From contig NC_090332.1 of assembly GCF_035084215.1 (NCBI RefSeq), positions 12,214,001 through 12,278,000 of the forward strand: a DNA stretch of 64,000 nucleotides, given 5' to 3'. The position numbers and the translations under genes are program-made. Below are positions 47,103-58,240 of this stretch, piece after piece (positions within the stretch are counted from its first letter, which is position 1; each line of letters starts with the position of its first letter). The DNA comes from Heptranchias perlo. Taxonomy: Eukaryota. The notes under the pieces were generated by a model, which made no database searches, was not told where the DNA came from, and saw nothing but the letters and a program-made list of their open reading frames with translations.

Positions 47103-47578
47103 AGATTTGTACAGGCACTCCACCTGACTCTTGCCAAGTTCCCCTTGCTCCACCGAGCAAGAAGGCCCATACGGATGAGTCTTTTGGGAAATATTTAGAG
47201 CGTTCAATGGTGGGGCCCACACCCGCTCAAGTGGAGGCTGGCATGCCTCATGCCACCGGCTGTACCGGCCTCCATTGATACACCGGGACTCGGTTCAGCT
47301 AAAGGAACAGGAATTACCGGCATAGGGAATCCCCGGCCCTGGGTTAGCCAGCATTTGTCTTGTAAGCGGTGGATGGAGGTTCCATCTGTACAAGACAAAG
47401 ATGAAACTTCCGGTGCAACCAGGCCTCTCCCATTTTCTGAGGGGTTCCTCTAGTGCCTCGTCGGAGTTACGGCGGGAGAAAGTCGGAACCCCCTGAAGAA
47501 TTTCGACCCCAATGTCTCTACGTCATAAAACACGGGGGGAGAAAAGGACTTCTGCTTGTAAAAGAAATCAGTCTTCTG

Positions 47579-48474
47579 GGGCTTAATTTTAAAAGTGAAA
47601 ATCGGGTGGGTTGGGGAAGTGGGGTCATTGAAAATTGCCGCCATTTCAGACCCGCCCCCAACCCGGCCATTTCCAGTTTTCACCGGGGCGGATGACCAAC
47701 CTACTCCCAGGAGGTGGGTCGGGCCTTAAAACCTTTCAAGGAGGCTTCGGCCCTCCATTTCTCTGGACTTCCCGATTTCAACCCCATGGGGGCTGGGATT
47801 CCCGGGCCTTCTGTTTTACGCCACGTGAATGGAGGAGAGAAGGCCCGAGACTAACAGGTAGGTGCCTAGAAAGGCACAGCTTGTGGGCCCGGAGGAGCTG
47901 GAGTACTTCCCCCAGGCCCAACAAGCCTACCTGCACTGACCCCCCCCACAACGATCGCGGACACCCAACCCCCGATCGCGGCCCCCCTCCTGATCGTGGA
48001 CCTCCGATTCCTGACCCCGATCTTCCCTCCTCGACCCCCGACCCCGATCCTCCCCCCCACTCCGATCCTCCAACCCCCGACCCTGATCCTTCCACCCCCG
48101 ATCCTCCCCCTCAACGATCGCGGACCTCTGCGATGACCCCCAATCCCGACAAGCCTCCCCACCGTGACTGACCCCTGATCCCTCCCGGCACAACCCCCGT
48201 GCCAACCTATGCCCATCCATGCACCCATGCCCCCCGTGGACCCCCCCATTCATACAAACAAAGACTTACCTGAACACATCCTCTCCCTGGCTGGTCTCCC
48301 GACTGACTGAGACCAGCCTGTCAATCAGGCCGGTCAGTTGAACGGAAAACCGACAAAAAAAAAGACGTCCTTATGTCAAAATCGTAAGGACATCCAGGAA
48401 AACCGAAGTAATGGGTTTCCCGACCTCAATTTGACCCCCCGCCCTCTTCCCGGCTCGGTTTTAAAATCGAGCCC
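47579..48474. mobile_element. Harbinger-type MITE with CTG TSD
   Basis: TIRs gggcttaattttaaaa / ttttaaaatcgagccc; CTG at 47576-47578 and 48475-48477; internal cccgatc repeats at 47940-48170. Confidence 0.82.
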
Positions 48475-49009
48475 CTGGTGTCTGGTTTGCATTTGAGAAA
48501 TTTCCAGACAAAAAAACGGGCAGTCTGGCCCGATTGGGTGGTGGGCCTAAAGAGGGCACAAATAAAAAGCTGGAAAGTGGCACCTTGGTTTATTTTCCTT
48601 AAATCCACACCTTAATTAGTGGTTTGATTGGCATTTCAGACCCTTACATGTTAATCCTGTATGTCTGGTTTTGATTTAATGTGTTGCAGTAATTAGGTAA
48701 AAAGTGGGATTATTGCCAAAAACAACCTCCCAGCACCACCATAAGAGGTGAGCAGTGCTGATATCAGGGGATGTACGACCATTCTGCACAGCGTTGCCTG
48801 TCTGTCACCTAATCAGCATGCACTGGAAGCGTCTCCCGGCTCCTCTCTGGGGCTGCAAGATAATTACGGTTCACACACACAATAGACTTCTCACATTTAA
48901 AGTAAGCAGCAGCCGACATTTCGCATTTTGTTTGTGTCTTGCACTGCATTTATGATAAAATAGTAGATACATGAAAACAGCGCAGCATGTGTGTCGAAAG
49001 GCAAAAAAG

Positions 49010-49246
49010 ATTTTTTTTTTACGCAGCGAGTTGTTATGATCTGGAATGCACTGCCTGAAAGGATGGTGGGAGCAGATTCAATAGTAACTTTCAAAAGGGA
49101 ATTGGATAAATACTTGAAAAGCAAACATTTTGCAGGGCTATGGGGAAAGAGCAGGGGAGTGGGACTAATTGGTAGCTCTTTCAGAGAGCCGGCACAGGCA
49201 CAATGGGCCGAATAGCCTCCTTCTGTCCTGTATGATTCTATGATTC
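49010..49246 (+). mobile_element. CR1-B 3' end
   Basis: FFTQRVVMIWNALPERMV; tail tatgattctatgattc. Confidence 0.92.
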
Positions 49247-49705
49247 CAGGAAAGACATCCCTCCCCACCCCCTCCATATGCGTTGTTCTTTTTTAAAGGG
49301 GCAGCAACATCGAAAAACGCATAAGGTTGGTTTATCTGATCTGATGGGAATCCCATTGGATTGGTTGCAAGGTTGGTTTTGCACCCACTCGTCCGGTGAG
49401 TATGGACCCCAGTGAATGTTGCACGCTGTTGGGGGGCTCCCAATGGTATTTCTGCAGCCATTGGCTAGTCCCTCTGAGTTGGGTGTAGGGAAATGGCTGT
49501 GCTGTCTGCTCCAACGTGGTGTGGCCAATATTACCAGTGGAAGAAGAAAATGAAATGTAATTTTTATTGATCAAAAATCTCCCACCTTGCTCTGTGATCG
49601 ATTGCATCAGGCAAGGTGGTCCTCTAAATTTGAACCCATCCACTCTGCTGCTTAGCAACGCTGCCAGACAGGTGTGCAAGGGAAATCTCGGCGCTTGGTT
49701 TGCTG

Positions 49706-49790
49706 GGAACATAGGAACAGGAGTAGGCCATTCAGCCCCTCGAGCCTGTTCCGCCAATCAATTAGATCATGGCTGATCTGTACGTCAACT
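49706..49790 (-). mobile_element. CR1-A tail fragment
   Basis: aacataggaacaggagtaggccattcagcccctcgagcctg. Confidence 0.85.
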
Positions 49791-50229
49791 CCAATTACCC
49801 ACCTAACCCATCTCCTGCCTCCAACTGTCCTATTACCATTTAAAATCACTGGTAGTGGGGTGGAAATTCTCGCCCAATTAATCCAAATTTGAGTTTTTAA
49901 CAATAAACTCAAAGATGGCCAAATTTAAAAGAAAAGCTTTAAAAGCTGGAAACCTAAAATGAGACAGGAAATGCATGAAATTGGTCAGTCAGCACCTGAA
50001 AGAGAAAGATAAGAAGAGCACACAACCTAGGCCTGACACATCAGTGCGGTGCTGAGGGTGTGCTGCATTGCCATAAGTGCATTTTTCAGATGAGACTTTA
50101 AACCGAGGACCCGCCTGCCTGCTCTAAAGATCCCCTGGCACTGAGCGAATAAGAGCTCGGTGTTCTCCTGGTGTCCTGGCTAACATTCCTTCCTCATCCC
50201 AAAAAAACCCCAGATCAACTGATTATTGA

Positions 50230-50674
50230 GCTGATTGTGTGGGCTGGTGCTTGGGGTGGGGTCTCCATGGGTCTACCTGCCTTTCTTCTGCCACTTTCCC
50301 GGGCCACGGGAGCCTTCTCTTCTTTGCCAGATTTTCCATGCTTCCCCTCCCCCTCTGCTATTCTGCTGTAACCATTTATATCTCCTCTGGACCCATCTTT
50401 TGTTTCTTTACAGATCCCATTACCTTGCACCATTATCCCTTTTGTCATTTAATCACTCCTGCCTATCACTCTATCACAGACCTTCCCTTCGGTTTTTTCT
50501 TGCCCCCCACACTTTCCCTCACTCTGTATTTGGCTTAAAAGCCGTTCGTCTCTAACATCTTCCCGTTCTGATGAACGGTCATCGACCTGAAACGTTAACT
50601 CTGTTTCTCTCTCCGCTGCCTGACCTGCTGAGAATTTCCAGCATTTTCTGTTTTTATTTGAGATTTCCAGCGTT
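50230..50674 (+). mobile_element. Penelope-like element terminal segment
   Basis: Pyrimidine-rich tract then ctgatga..gaaacgttaactctgtttctctc..gctgcctgacctgctgag..tttccagcattttctgtttttattt, a recalled fish/shark PLE terminus; 10-bp flanking duplication. Confidence 0.7.
50565..50600 (+). ncRNA. Minimal type I hammerhead ribozyme motif
   Basis: gtt-CTGATGA(50568-74)-ac-ggtc-atc-gacc-t-GAAA(50589-92)-CGTT-aac: catalytic boxes, stem II hairpin, palindromic ACGT stem III, 3-bp stem I. Confidence 0.6.
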
Positions 50675-50979
50675 TGATTATTGATCTTGTTTTGCTGTTT
50701 GCGGGACCTTGCTGTGTACAAATTGGCTACCCCCGTTTGTCCAAGTAGCAACAGTGTCTGCACTGCGAAAGTAATTCATTGGTTTGAGAAGCGCTTTGGG
50801 GTGCCCCAAGAACGTGATGAGGCAGTACAAAAGTGCAAGTTCTTCCTCCTAAATCAGCAAATCGGGTCTGGCCCTTCATCAGAACTCTTGGGGAGATCAT
50901 TTAGACCACTTTGGGTTACATGAGAACATTCCTCCAGTATCCCAACTCTTCCATTAGAGCAGCCAGCTGCAATTTGAAA

Positions 50980-51185
50980 GTGCCTGCCTCCACCATCATG
51001 CCCAGCAGATTCTTATCACTCGTTGAGGAAAGAATCTTTTCCTCATATCTGTTTTGAAACTATTTCTCACGAACCTAAATCTATGTCCAAATGGCCCTGC
51101 TCTGCTGGTTTAATTTGAAGTAATATTCTGGGCTTATCCCGTCTTTACCATTTAATATTTTCATCCTTATTGAATCTCCCTGCAG
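50980..51185 (-). mobile_element. Old CR1 3' fragment
   Basis: gcctccaccatc..cagcagattc..aagaatctttcctcatatctg..ccatttaatattt. Confidence 0.6.
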
Positions 51186-51614
51186 GGCTTCATGGCTGCA
51201 GACAGACCATGGCAAAAATACTCATTAGGAGAGCTCCTGATAGAGCATTTGGCTGCAGTGTCTCTGTTCCTCTATGTGATGAGAAGGAATGAGGTTTGAA
51301 AGCAATCAATGTTTATATCAAATAAGGGTGACATTTAGTAAAGTGTTAGATTATTATTATTACAAATAAAAATGGCAGGCTCCAATTTCAGCAAACCCTG
51401 AATATCAAAAACAGTTACTAATAAATATTAAGATCTTCGGTGTTTAGCCCATTCTTGTATTTTTCCCGCAGGGAAACAAATGGGGAAAGGTAACCTTTAT
51501 GACACCATTAGCCAAACAACAGGGGAAATGATCGCATCGGGCAGGTATCATGGAATTATACTAGCTGTCTCTCCTTGAAGTGTTAATTGTGTCTGAAGTT
51601 TTGCTCACATTGAC

Positions 51615-51780
51615 AGCATTTGAGGGGAAGCCAGATAGGCACACGAGGGAGAAAGGAATAGAAGGATATGCTGATAGGGATAGATGAAGTGGGGTGGGAG
51701 GAGGCTCGAGTGGAGCATAAATGCCGGCATAAACCAGTTGGGCCGAATGGCCTGTTTCTGAGCTGTAGATTCTACGTAAT
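51615..51780 (+). mobile_element. CR1-C tail
   Basis: gagaaaggaatagaaggatatgctgatag..gggccgaatggcctgtttctg. Confidence 0.9.
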
Positions 51781-52484
51781 TGTTCAAAGACTGTCATTCG
51801 CCTTGCTATAGGTTAACCCTAGACCAGGGTGCATTCACTGGAACACTGTTTGATGTATGGATCCATTGTCTGACGTTTTACTCTCTTTACTCTCAACACT
51901 TCAGAGACTGAGATCAATGGATGGACAGAACCTCTGGCCCAATGTGAAGAATAACGGTTAGAGAGGAACGCATTCCTATCTGGTTACAAGTGTAATAACT
52001 TCAAGAATCTTTATCAGTTGCAGATGAGAAATCTTGGGGGTTACACCACACTCTGCCTAATGTTTTAGTCAGTGGTGGCCTCTTTAGACACTGGAATCCA
52101 GAGTTGGTTATTACCTCTGGCCTCAAAGGGGGATAACAGTATCACAATCAATATATATCTGCAAACATAATAACTTCAAAAATCATTGGCACTTTTGTAA
52201 CAAGAAGCCTTTTTGCCTGAGGTGATTATACTGAGGTTGGTGATTATTTGCTCTGCCTTTCTACTTGCAATATTAACAGGACCTTCAGAGACTGAAATTG
52301 AGAGCTGGTTACAGCTTTTAAAGTTGTTAGTATCACTGTAGTGTAGCACTAGAGCAGTTGGACTTTCTTTGGGACCACACTGCAGTACGGGTATGTTGAT
52401 TCACTCTGATCTTTTGATGACCGCACTGTGAGCTCTTTCAGGGGCCGGCATCCGCCATCCCCACCACCACCATCCCCACCACCA

Positions 52485-52799
52485 CTACATTATTTCAATA
52501 GCACCTTTAACATAGTAAATCGTCCCAAGGCGCTTCACAGGAGCATCATCAAACAAAATTTGACACCGAGCCACATGAGGAGATAGTATGATGCTTGGTC
52601 AAAGAAGTAGGTTTTAAGGAATGTGTTAAAGGAGGAGAGAGAGGTAGAGAGGCGGAGAGGTTTATAGAAGGTATTCCAGAGCTTAGGGCCTAGACAGCTG
52701 AAGGCACGGCCGTCAATGGTGGAACGATGAAAATCAGGGATGCGCAAGAGGCCAGAATTAGAGGAGTGCAGAGGCCTCGGAGGGTTGTAGGGCTGGAGC
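52485..52799 (-). mobile_element. L2 LINE 3' end
   Basis: LQPYNPPRPLHSSNSGLL..RAFSCLGPKLWN. Confidence 0.9.
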
Positions 52800-53344
52800 A
52801 TTAGTTATTAATTTTAAGTTACTGGTCTGGCATTTAGGGACCAAATTCAGCAGATAGAACTCGTTGTTTCAGTCGTTTGAGTCAGCTGTTGTGATGACAA
52901 CCAAGTCCGTTCTGTAAGTTTAACCCGTTGATAAGATATTAAGTTTGTGTGCTGTGACATATTGTTCTTGCGCACAAAGCTGATCGGAAAAGAGCGGTAC
53001 CTGTGAGGTCAGAAACTTTAACTAGCATGAAACATTGCCTATTAATATCATGGAAGCAATAATGGGAAGACTCTTTTTTTTAGTTTTTCCATGATGAGGA
53101 CGGCCTTGCCAAGGTTGAGATGAGAGTAAATGATAAATATCAAATAATCGTTTGCCATCTAGCACATCTGTCATATGCATAGATGTCAAATACCAGATGC
53201 CACTTCTTTACAGGTGCAAAACCAAGAGAAAGGAAGCCATGTCATTGACTTGGGTCCTGAAATTAACCAGCACCATCCAATCTGCAATTAAACTCTGAAT
53301 GACCTCAGCTTGTGTCTTTATTAATAACACTTGGTCCATGTGAT

Positions 53345-53920
53345 CTGCTGGACTGAGTTTCAAATTGCCTGAGGGGGTCAGAGAGTAATTTTCCAGTGTA
53401 TTTTTTTTCTATTTGTTCATGGGATGTGGGCATTGCCAGCATTTATTACCCATCCTTAATTGCCCTTGAGAAGGTGGTGGTGAGCTGCCTTCTTGAGTGG
53501 CTTGCTAGGCCATTTCAGAGGGTGATTAAGAATCAACCACATTGCTGTGGGTCTGGAGTCACATATAGGCCAGACCAGGTAAGGATGGCAGGTTTCCTTC
53601 CCTAAAGGAATTAGTGAACCAGATGGGTTTTTTATGACAATCCAGTAGTTTTATGGCCACCATTACTGATACTAGTTTTTTTTATTCCAGATTTTATTTA
53701 ATTAATTGAATTTAAATTCCGCAGCTACCACGGCAGGATTTGAACTCATGACTCTGGATTACTAGTCCAGTAACATAACCACTATGCTACCATACCCTTG
53801 TATTTTTTCCTTTATTGGCCCTGGGTTTTTACTGTGCTTTTTTTTTGGACCATCATGGTGTGGGGCAGGCTTGATGGACCAGCTGGCCTTTTCCTGCCCA
53901 TCAATTTCGTTTGTTCATAT
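53345..53920 (+). mobile_element. CR1-type 3' UTR (family D) split by a SINE
   Basis: gcctgagggggtcagagag..|..gggcaggcttgatggaccagctggccttttcctg. Confidence 0.6.
53402..53797 (-). mobile_element. Full-length tRNA-derived SINE with LINE-B tail
   Basis: A box tagcatagtgg, B box gagttcaaatcc; TSD tgtatttttt at 53397-53406 / 53799-53808; ~95-bp LINE-B tail. Confidence 0.9.
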
Positions 53921-54666
53921 AACAACAAAAAAAGACTGTAGCAGATGAGAAATGGAGGAAGTGCGTGGCTGGAGAAGGTGTGGTAAAGAAGGAAATAAAG
54001 AGAATTGCAACAAAGGGATACAGATGGGAGCTTTCTGAGCAATTCTGGACTATATGCTGTGCTCCTACATGCATAGTGGTGTGTGAGCAATTTATGATGA
54101 TGGGAAGGGGAGGATGGAATGGGGATTAGTGGAGATTCATCAGAAGGTAAAATTGCTCTACAAATTCTTTTGGCAAGATGTAATATAGCCTGGAGATGCA
54201 GGGACATCTACTCCAATTATTAGAAGGTAAAAATCTCCAACTATTCTAATATGTATTTAATTGACTTTTCCAGTACAGTAAATCAGACTTGTCATCTTCA
54301 ATACAGTTAAAAACGGAGCCCTTTTTTTAGGTCTAGTTAGATGCTGCAGCTCTCCCAGCATCACCATCCAGAACAATTTACAAAGACACAGGTTCAACAA
54401 CGCAGATCACTCAGGGATTTTATGAGCATAGTCCACGACAGACTGACACTTGGGGTGGGGGGTGGGGGGAGGAAGGGGTGAAGGAAGGATTACCTTTCCC
54501 ATTGTGTCCAATATTATATCTCCAGCAGCACCCATCCACTTTAATCTTCATCTGGAAAAAGTCATATGGGAATCATGCAAATCCTGTTAAAAATCTTCAA
54601 TTGAAGAAGTATGATTTCTTTATAGGAGCAGGCCCGACAAGCCACATTACAAATATGGATTCACCT

Positions 54667-55445
54667 ACAACAACTTGCATTTAAATAAACTCCTTTAACG
54701 CAGTAAAATGTCACAGGAGCGTAACGAGACAAAGGAATTTGACAACGAGCCAAAGAAAGAGACATTAGGACAGGTGACCAAAAGCTTGGTCAAAGAGGTA
54801 GGTTTTAAGGAATGTCTTAAAGGAGGAGAGCGAGGTGGGGAGGCGGAGAGGTTTCGGGTGGGATTTCCAGAGCTTTGGGCCTAGTCAGCTGAAAGCAAGG
54901 CCGCCAATAGTGGGGCAAAGGAAGTTGGGGATGGACAAGAAGCCAGAATTGGAGGAAAGCAGAGTTCTCGGAGGGTTGTAGGGCTGGAAGAGGTTACAGA
55001 GTTAGGGTGGGGTGAGGACGAGGTTTTTAAATTCGAGGCATTGGTGGACCGGGAGCCAATGTAGGTCAGAGAGCGCAGGGGAGATGGATGAATGGGATTT
55101 GGTGCGAGTTAGGATAGGGGTGACAAAGTTTTGGTTGAGCTCAAGTTTATGGAGGGTGCAAGATGGGTAGCTGGCCAGGAGAGCATTGGAATTGCCGAGT
55201 CTTGAGGTAACAAAAGCATGGAGAGGGTTTCAGCGGCAGATGGGCTGACGCAAGGGAGGAACCGGGAGATATCACGGAGGTGGATGTAGGCGGTCTTAGT
55301 GATGGAGAGGATATTGGGGTCGGGAGCTCAGCTCAGTGGCAGATAGAACCCCGGGGCTGCAAACATTCTGGTTCAGCTAAAGACAGTGGCCAGAGAGGGG
55401 GATGGCATCAATGGCTAGAGAACGGAGACAATGGTTTCGGTCTTA
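54667..55445 (-). mobile_element. L2 LINE 3' region
   Basis: Colinear with 4928-5640; L2 tail at 54667-54710. Confidence 0.9.
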
Positions 55446-56297
55446 CATGGGGCAGTATCTTTAAGATGAGGTTCCCTTCTCAGGATGCCCTAAGACTTTG
55501 ACACCCTGGCTTTGTTTGCATACTGAACTCAAAAGTATTGGGGGAGGAGAGGGAGAGAGAGGAAAACTACAGTTCTCATAAGGACCACCATAAAGCCTGG
55601 GATTGTGCCATGACGGTTTTGACTGTGGCACGCTTTCTTTAAAGGAGATTAATCTTCCAACATAGTTGGTTGAACAGCGAATAAGGATGGTAGAATGCTA
55701 GCAAAACAACTGTCTCCAATTCAGCTTTTGTAGATTAGATTCAGATTGGTAGAGCATTGACTAGAAAGTCCCAAAGGCTGAAGTAATAAATTTGAAATCA
55801 CTGACCCTGAAGAGGAATGAAATGAAGTCACTGGCATCTGGGCCTGCCTTTGTCACAAGTGATAAGTAAGTAAATACCCAACCTTATCACGCTAATCGTA
55901 TTTGATAGCTGGAATTTTAGAGATCTTTGCCAAGATCAATTTAATAAGACGTTGCCTTTTGTTACAGAGGGTGTAGCTCGAAGGGAAAACAAGGCAGTAA
56001 GACCATGCTCATTCTTCTTTGCTTGGTTTCAGCCAGCAGCTGTAACTGGGCTTGCTTTCAGCAATGCTTCTGAAAGGAAGTGTTGGATGTAATCCTCCTC
56101 CGGAGGTAGTATTTAAGGGGGAATCCAGAGATTAGCGGAGGCAACCTTCTTGAAGGTATTATGGGCTTAGCAACATGTGTTAGTGCCGAGTAACGTTATG
56201 GGTGGCGCTGTAAATGTCCACTCCTGAAATTCCTCACTGTTGCAGCAGTTCCTAAAGTCCTCGGTGTGAGTCTTGTTTGGCTTGTTATTAGCAAATT

Positions 56298-56730
56298 TTT
56301 ACAAGAATGATACCAGGACTGAGAGGTTATAATTATCAGGAAAGACTGAACAGGCTGGGCCTCTTTAGGGTGACCTAACAGAGGTCTTTAAAATTATGAA
56401 GGGGTTTGACAGGGTAGACGTGGAGAAAATGGGGGAGTCCAAAACTAAGGGTCATAAATATAAGATAGTCACTAATAAATCCAATAAGGAATTCAGGAGA
56501 AACTTCTTTACCCAGAGAATGTGGATCTTGCTACCACATGGAGTAGTTGAGGCGAATAGCACAGGTGTATTTAAGGGGAAACTAGATAAGTACATGAAGG
56601 AGAAAGGAATAGAAGGATATGCTGATAGGGTTGATGAAATAGGGTGGGAGGAGGCTTGTGTGGAGCATAAACACTGGCATAGACCAGTTGGGCTGAAAGG
56701 CCTGTTTCTGTGCTGTCGATTCTATGCAAA
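56298..56730 (+). mobile_element. CR1-C 3' end
   Basis: MKGFDRVDVEK..GHKYKIVTNKSNKEFRRNFFTQR. Confidence 0.92.
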
Positions 56731-57089
56731 TAAGTGACCTTAAGCCAATTCCTGGAGCCTTTTAATTGCCCTGAATATTGGCTTCATGTCTTACAATTTG
56801 AGTCTTGTGTTGGTACTGTGGACGGAGCTGTCATAGTTCATAAAGGGAACAGAACAGCCACACGAGTACGGAAGGAAGTTTCCTTTGGTGTGTTTGACAG
56901 TATGGGTGTGGAGGATTGAGTGCCGCACTGATTGATGAGTGGGAGGAGGAGGAGGAACCAGAAGGAGGGCTAAAGAGGTCAGAATAAATAAGAGGCAACT
57001 CCAACAGAATCCATCCATACCCCAAGCGCCAGTGAGAGGCAGAGAGAGATCTCACAGAAGATCAGTGCTTGAGGAAACTCCGGCTCAGG

Positions 57090-57280
57090 AAGAAGGCTGA
57101 CAGGACATGGAACGCCCTCCCAGAAACAGTGGTGGAAGCAGAATCCATCATAGCTTTTAAAAGGGAAGTGGCTAAATATTTGAATAAGAGAAAAATATTA
57201 AACATTTTAAAGGATATGTGAAAATGGCAGTGGAATGGGACTATTTGGATAACTCTTTCAGTGAGCTGCGTAGCATACTG
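57090..57280 (+). mobile_element. Degenerate CR1-B-like 3' end
   Basis: tggaacgccctcccagaaacagtggtggaagcag..aaaagggaagtgg..tgggact..ctctttca. Confidence 0.75.
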
Positions 57281-57805
57281 CTTGTACTGTGTCATTCACC
57301 TTACTTGTACTGTGTCGTTCACCTCACTTGTACTGTGTCATTCACCTTACTTGTACTGGGTCATTCACCTTACTTGTACTGTGTCATTCACCTTACTTGT
57401 ACTGTGTCATTCACCTTACTTGTACTGTGTCATTCACCTTACTTGTACTGTGTTGTTCACTTTACTTGTACTGTGTCGTTCCCCTTACTTATACTGGGTC
57501 ATTCACCTTACTTGTACTGGGTCATTCACCTTACTTGTACTGGGTCATTCACCTTACTTGTACTGTGTCGTTCGTCTTGTACTGGGTCATTCACCTCACT
57601 TGTACTGGGTCATTCACCTCACTTGTACTGGATCATTCACCTCACTTGTACTGGGTCATTCACCTCACTTGTACTGTGTTGTTCCCCTTACTTGTACTGT
57701 GTTGTTCCCCTTACTTGTACTGGGTCATTCACCTCACTTGTACTGGGTCATTCACCTCACTTGTACTGGGTCATTCACCTTACTTGTGCTGTGTGGTTCA
57801 CCTGG
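57280..57805. repeat. Minisatellite, 23-bp unit (cttgtactgtgtcattcacctta)
   Basis: About 23 tandem units with tgtg/tggg and ctta/ctca variants. Confidence 0.97.
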
Positions 57806-57809
57806 TGCT

Positions 57810-58240
57810 CCCTCTTAAGCCTGACTCTCTAAATCCCACAGGGTGCTCATCTCTGAGATAGTGCCTGCGTTGGGTGGAGTGTAACTGCATGTTGTGGAGG
57901 GCCCAGGTTTTGGCACTTCATTTTGAGAGGCCCTATAGAAAGAGAAAAGGAACATGTGCTACAATACTGTCAGGAGGGAATGCCTTCCAACAGAGGTAAG
58001 ATGCCAGTATATTGTATCCCATGCTGCTGTTGTACAAAGTATGCCTATGTGCAAATGAGTGAGTGCATGAAGGGAATAATAGGAGGTACTTGCTGTGCGT
58101 TTCTACCGAGCTGCCACACTAACCTTCCCCCATACCTTCAATGGCCTCTGGCCACAAATTTGGAGGACACTCCCCTCAAAGTGAATGAACTGTCTGGAGG
58201 TCCACCTTGAGGGCAGGTTTTCTCCTGAACTTTTCCAGTA
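57810..58240 (-). pseudogene. Possible Harbinger Myb/SANT partner remnant
   Basis: Minus strand with frameshifts: GGPPD..FEGSVLQICG..EAIEGMGEG (cf. TGGGPP..EE.VL.I.G..A.EG); acceptor cttttctctttctatag near 57933. Confidence 0.35.

Larger units (their letters stand above)
50015..50845 (+). mobile_element. Deu-SINE split by a Penelope-like insertion
   Basis: SINE body at 50015-50229 resumes at 50675; tgattattga duplicated at 50220-50229 and 50675-50684. Confidence 0.75.

Noticed and set aside
47635-48253. Pro/Asp- and Gly-rich ORFs (also 12796-13383 and 30151-30651)
   Set aside because: GC-rich low-complexity MITE interiors open in several frames on both strands, with no domain similarity.
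57218-57861. Three overlapping ~190-200-aa ORFs
   Set aside because: Artefact of the 23-bp tandem repeat.
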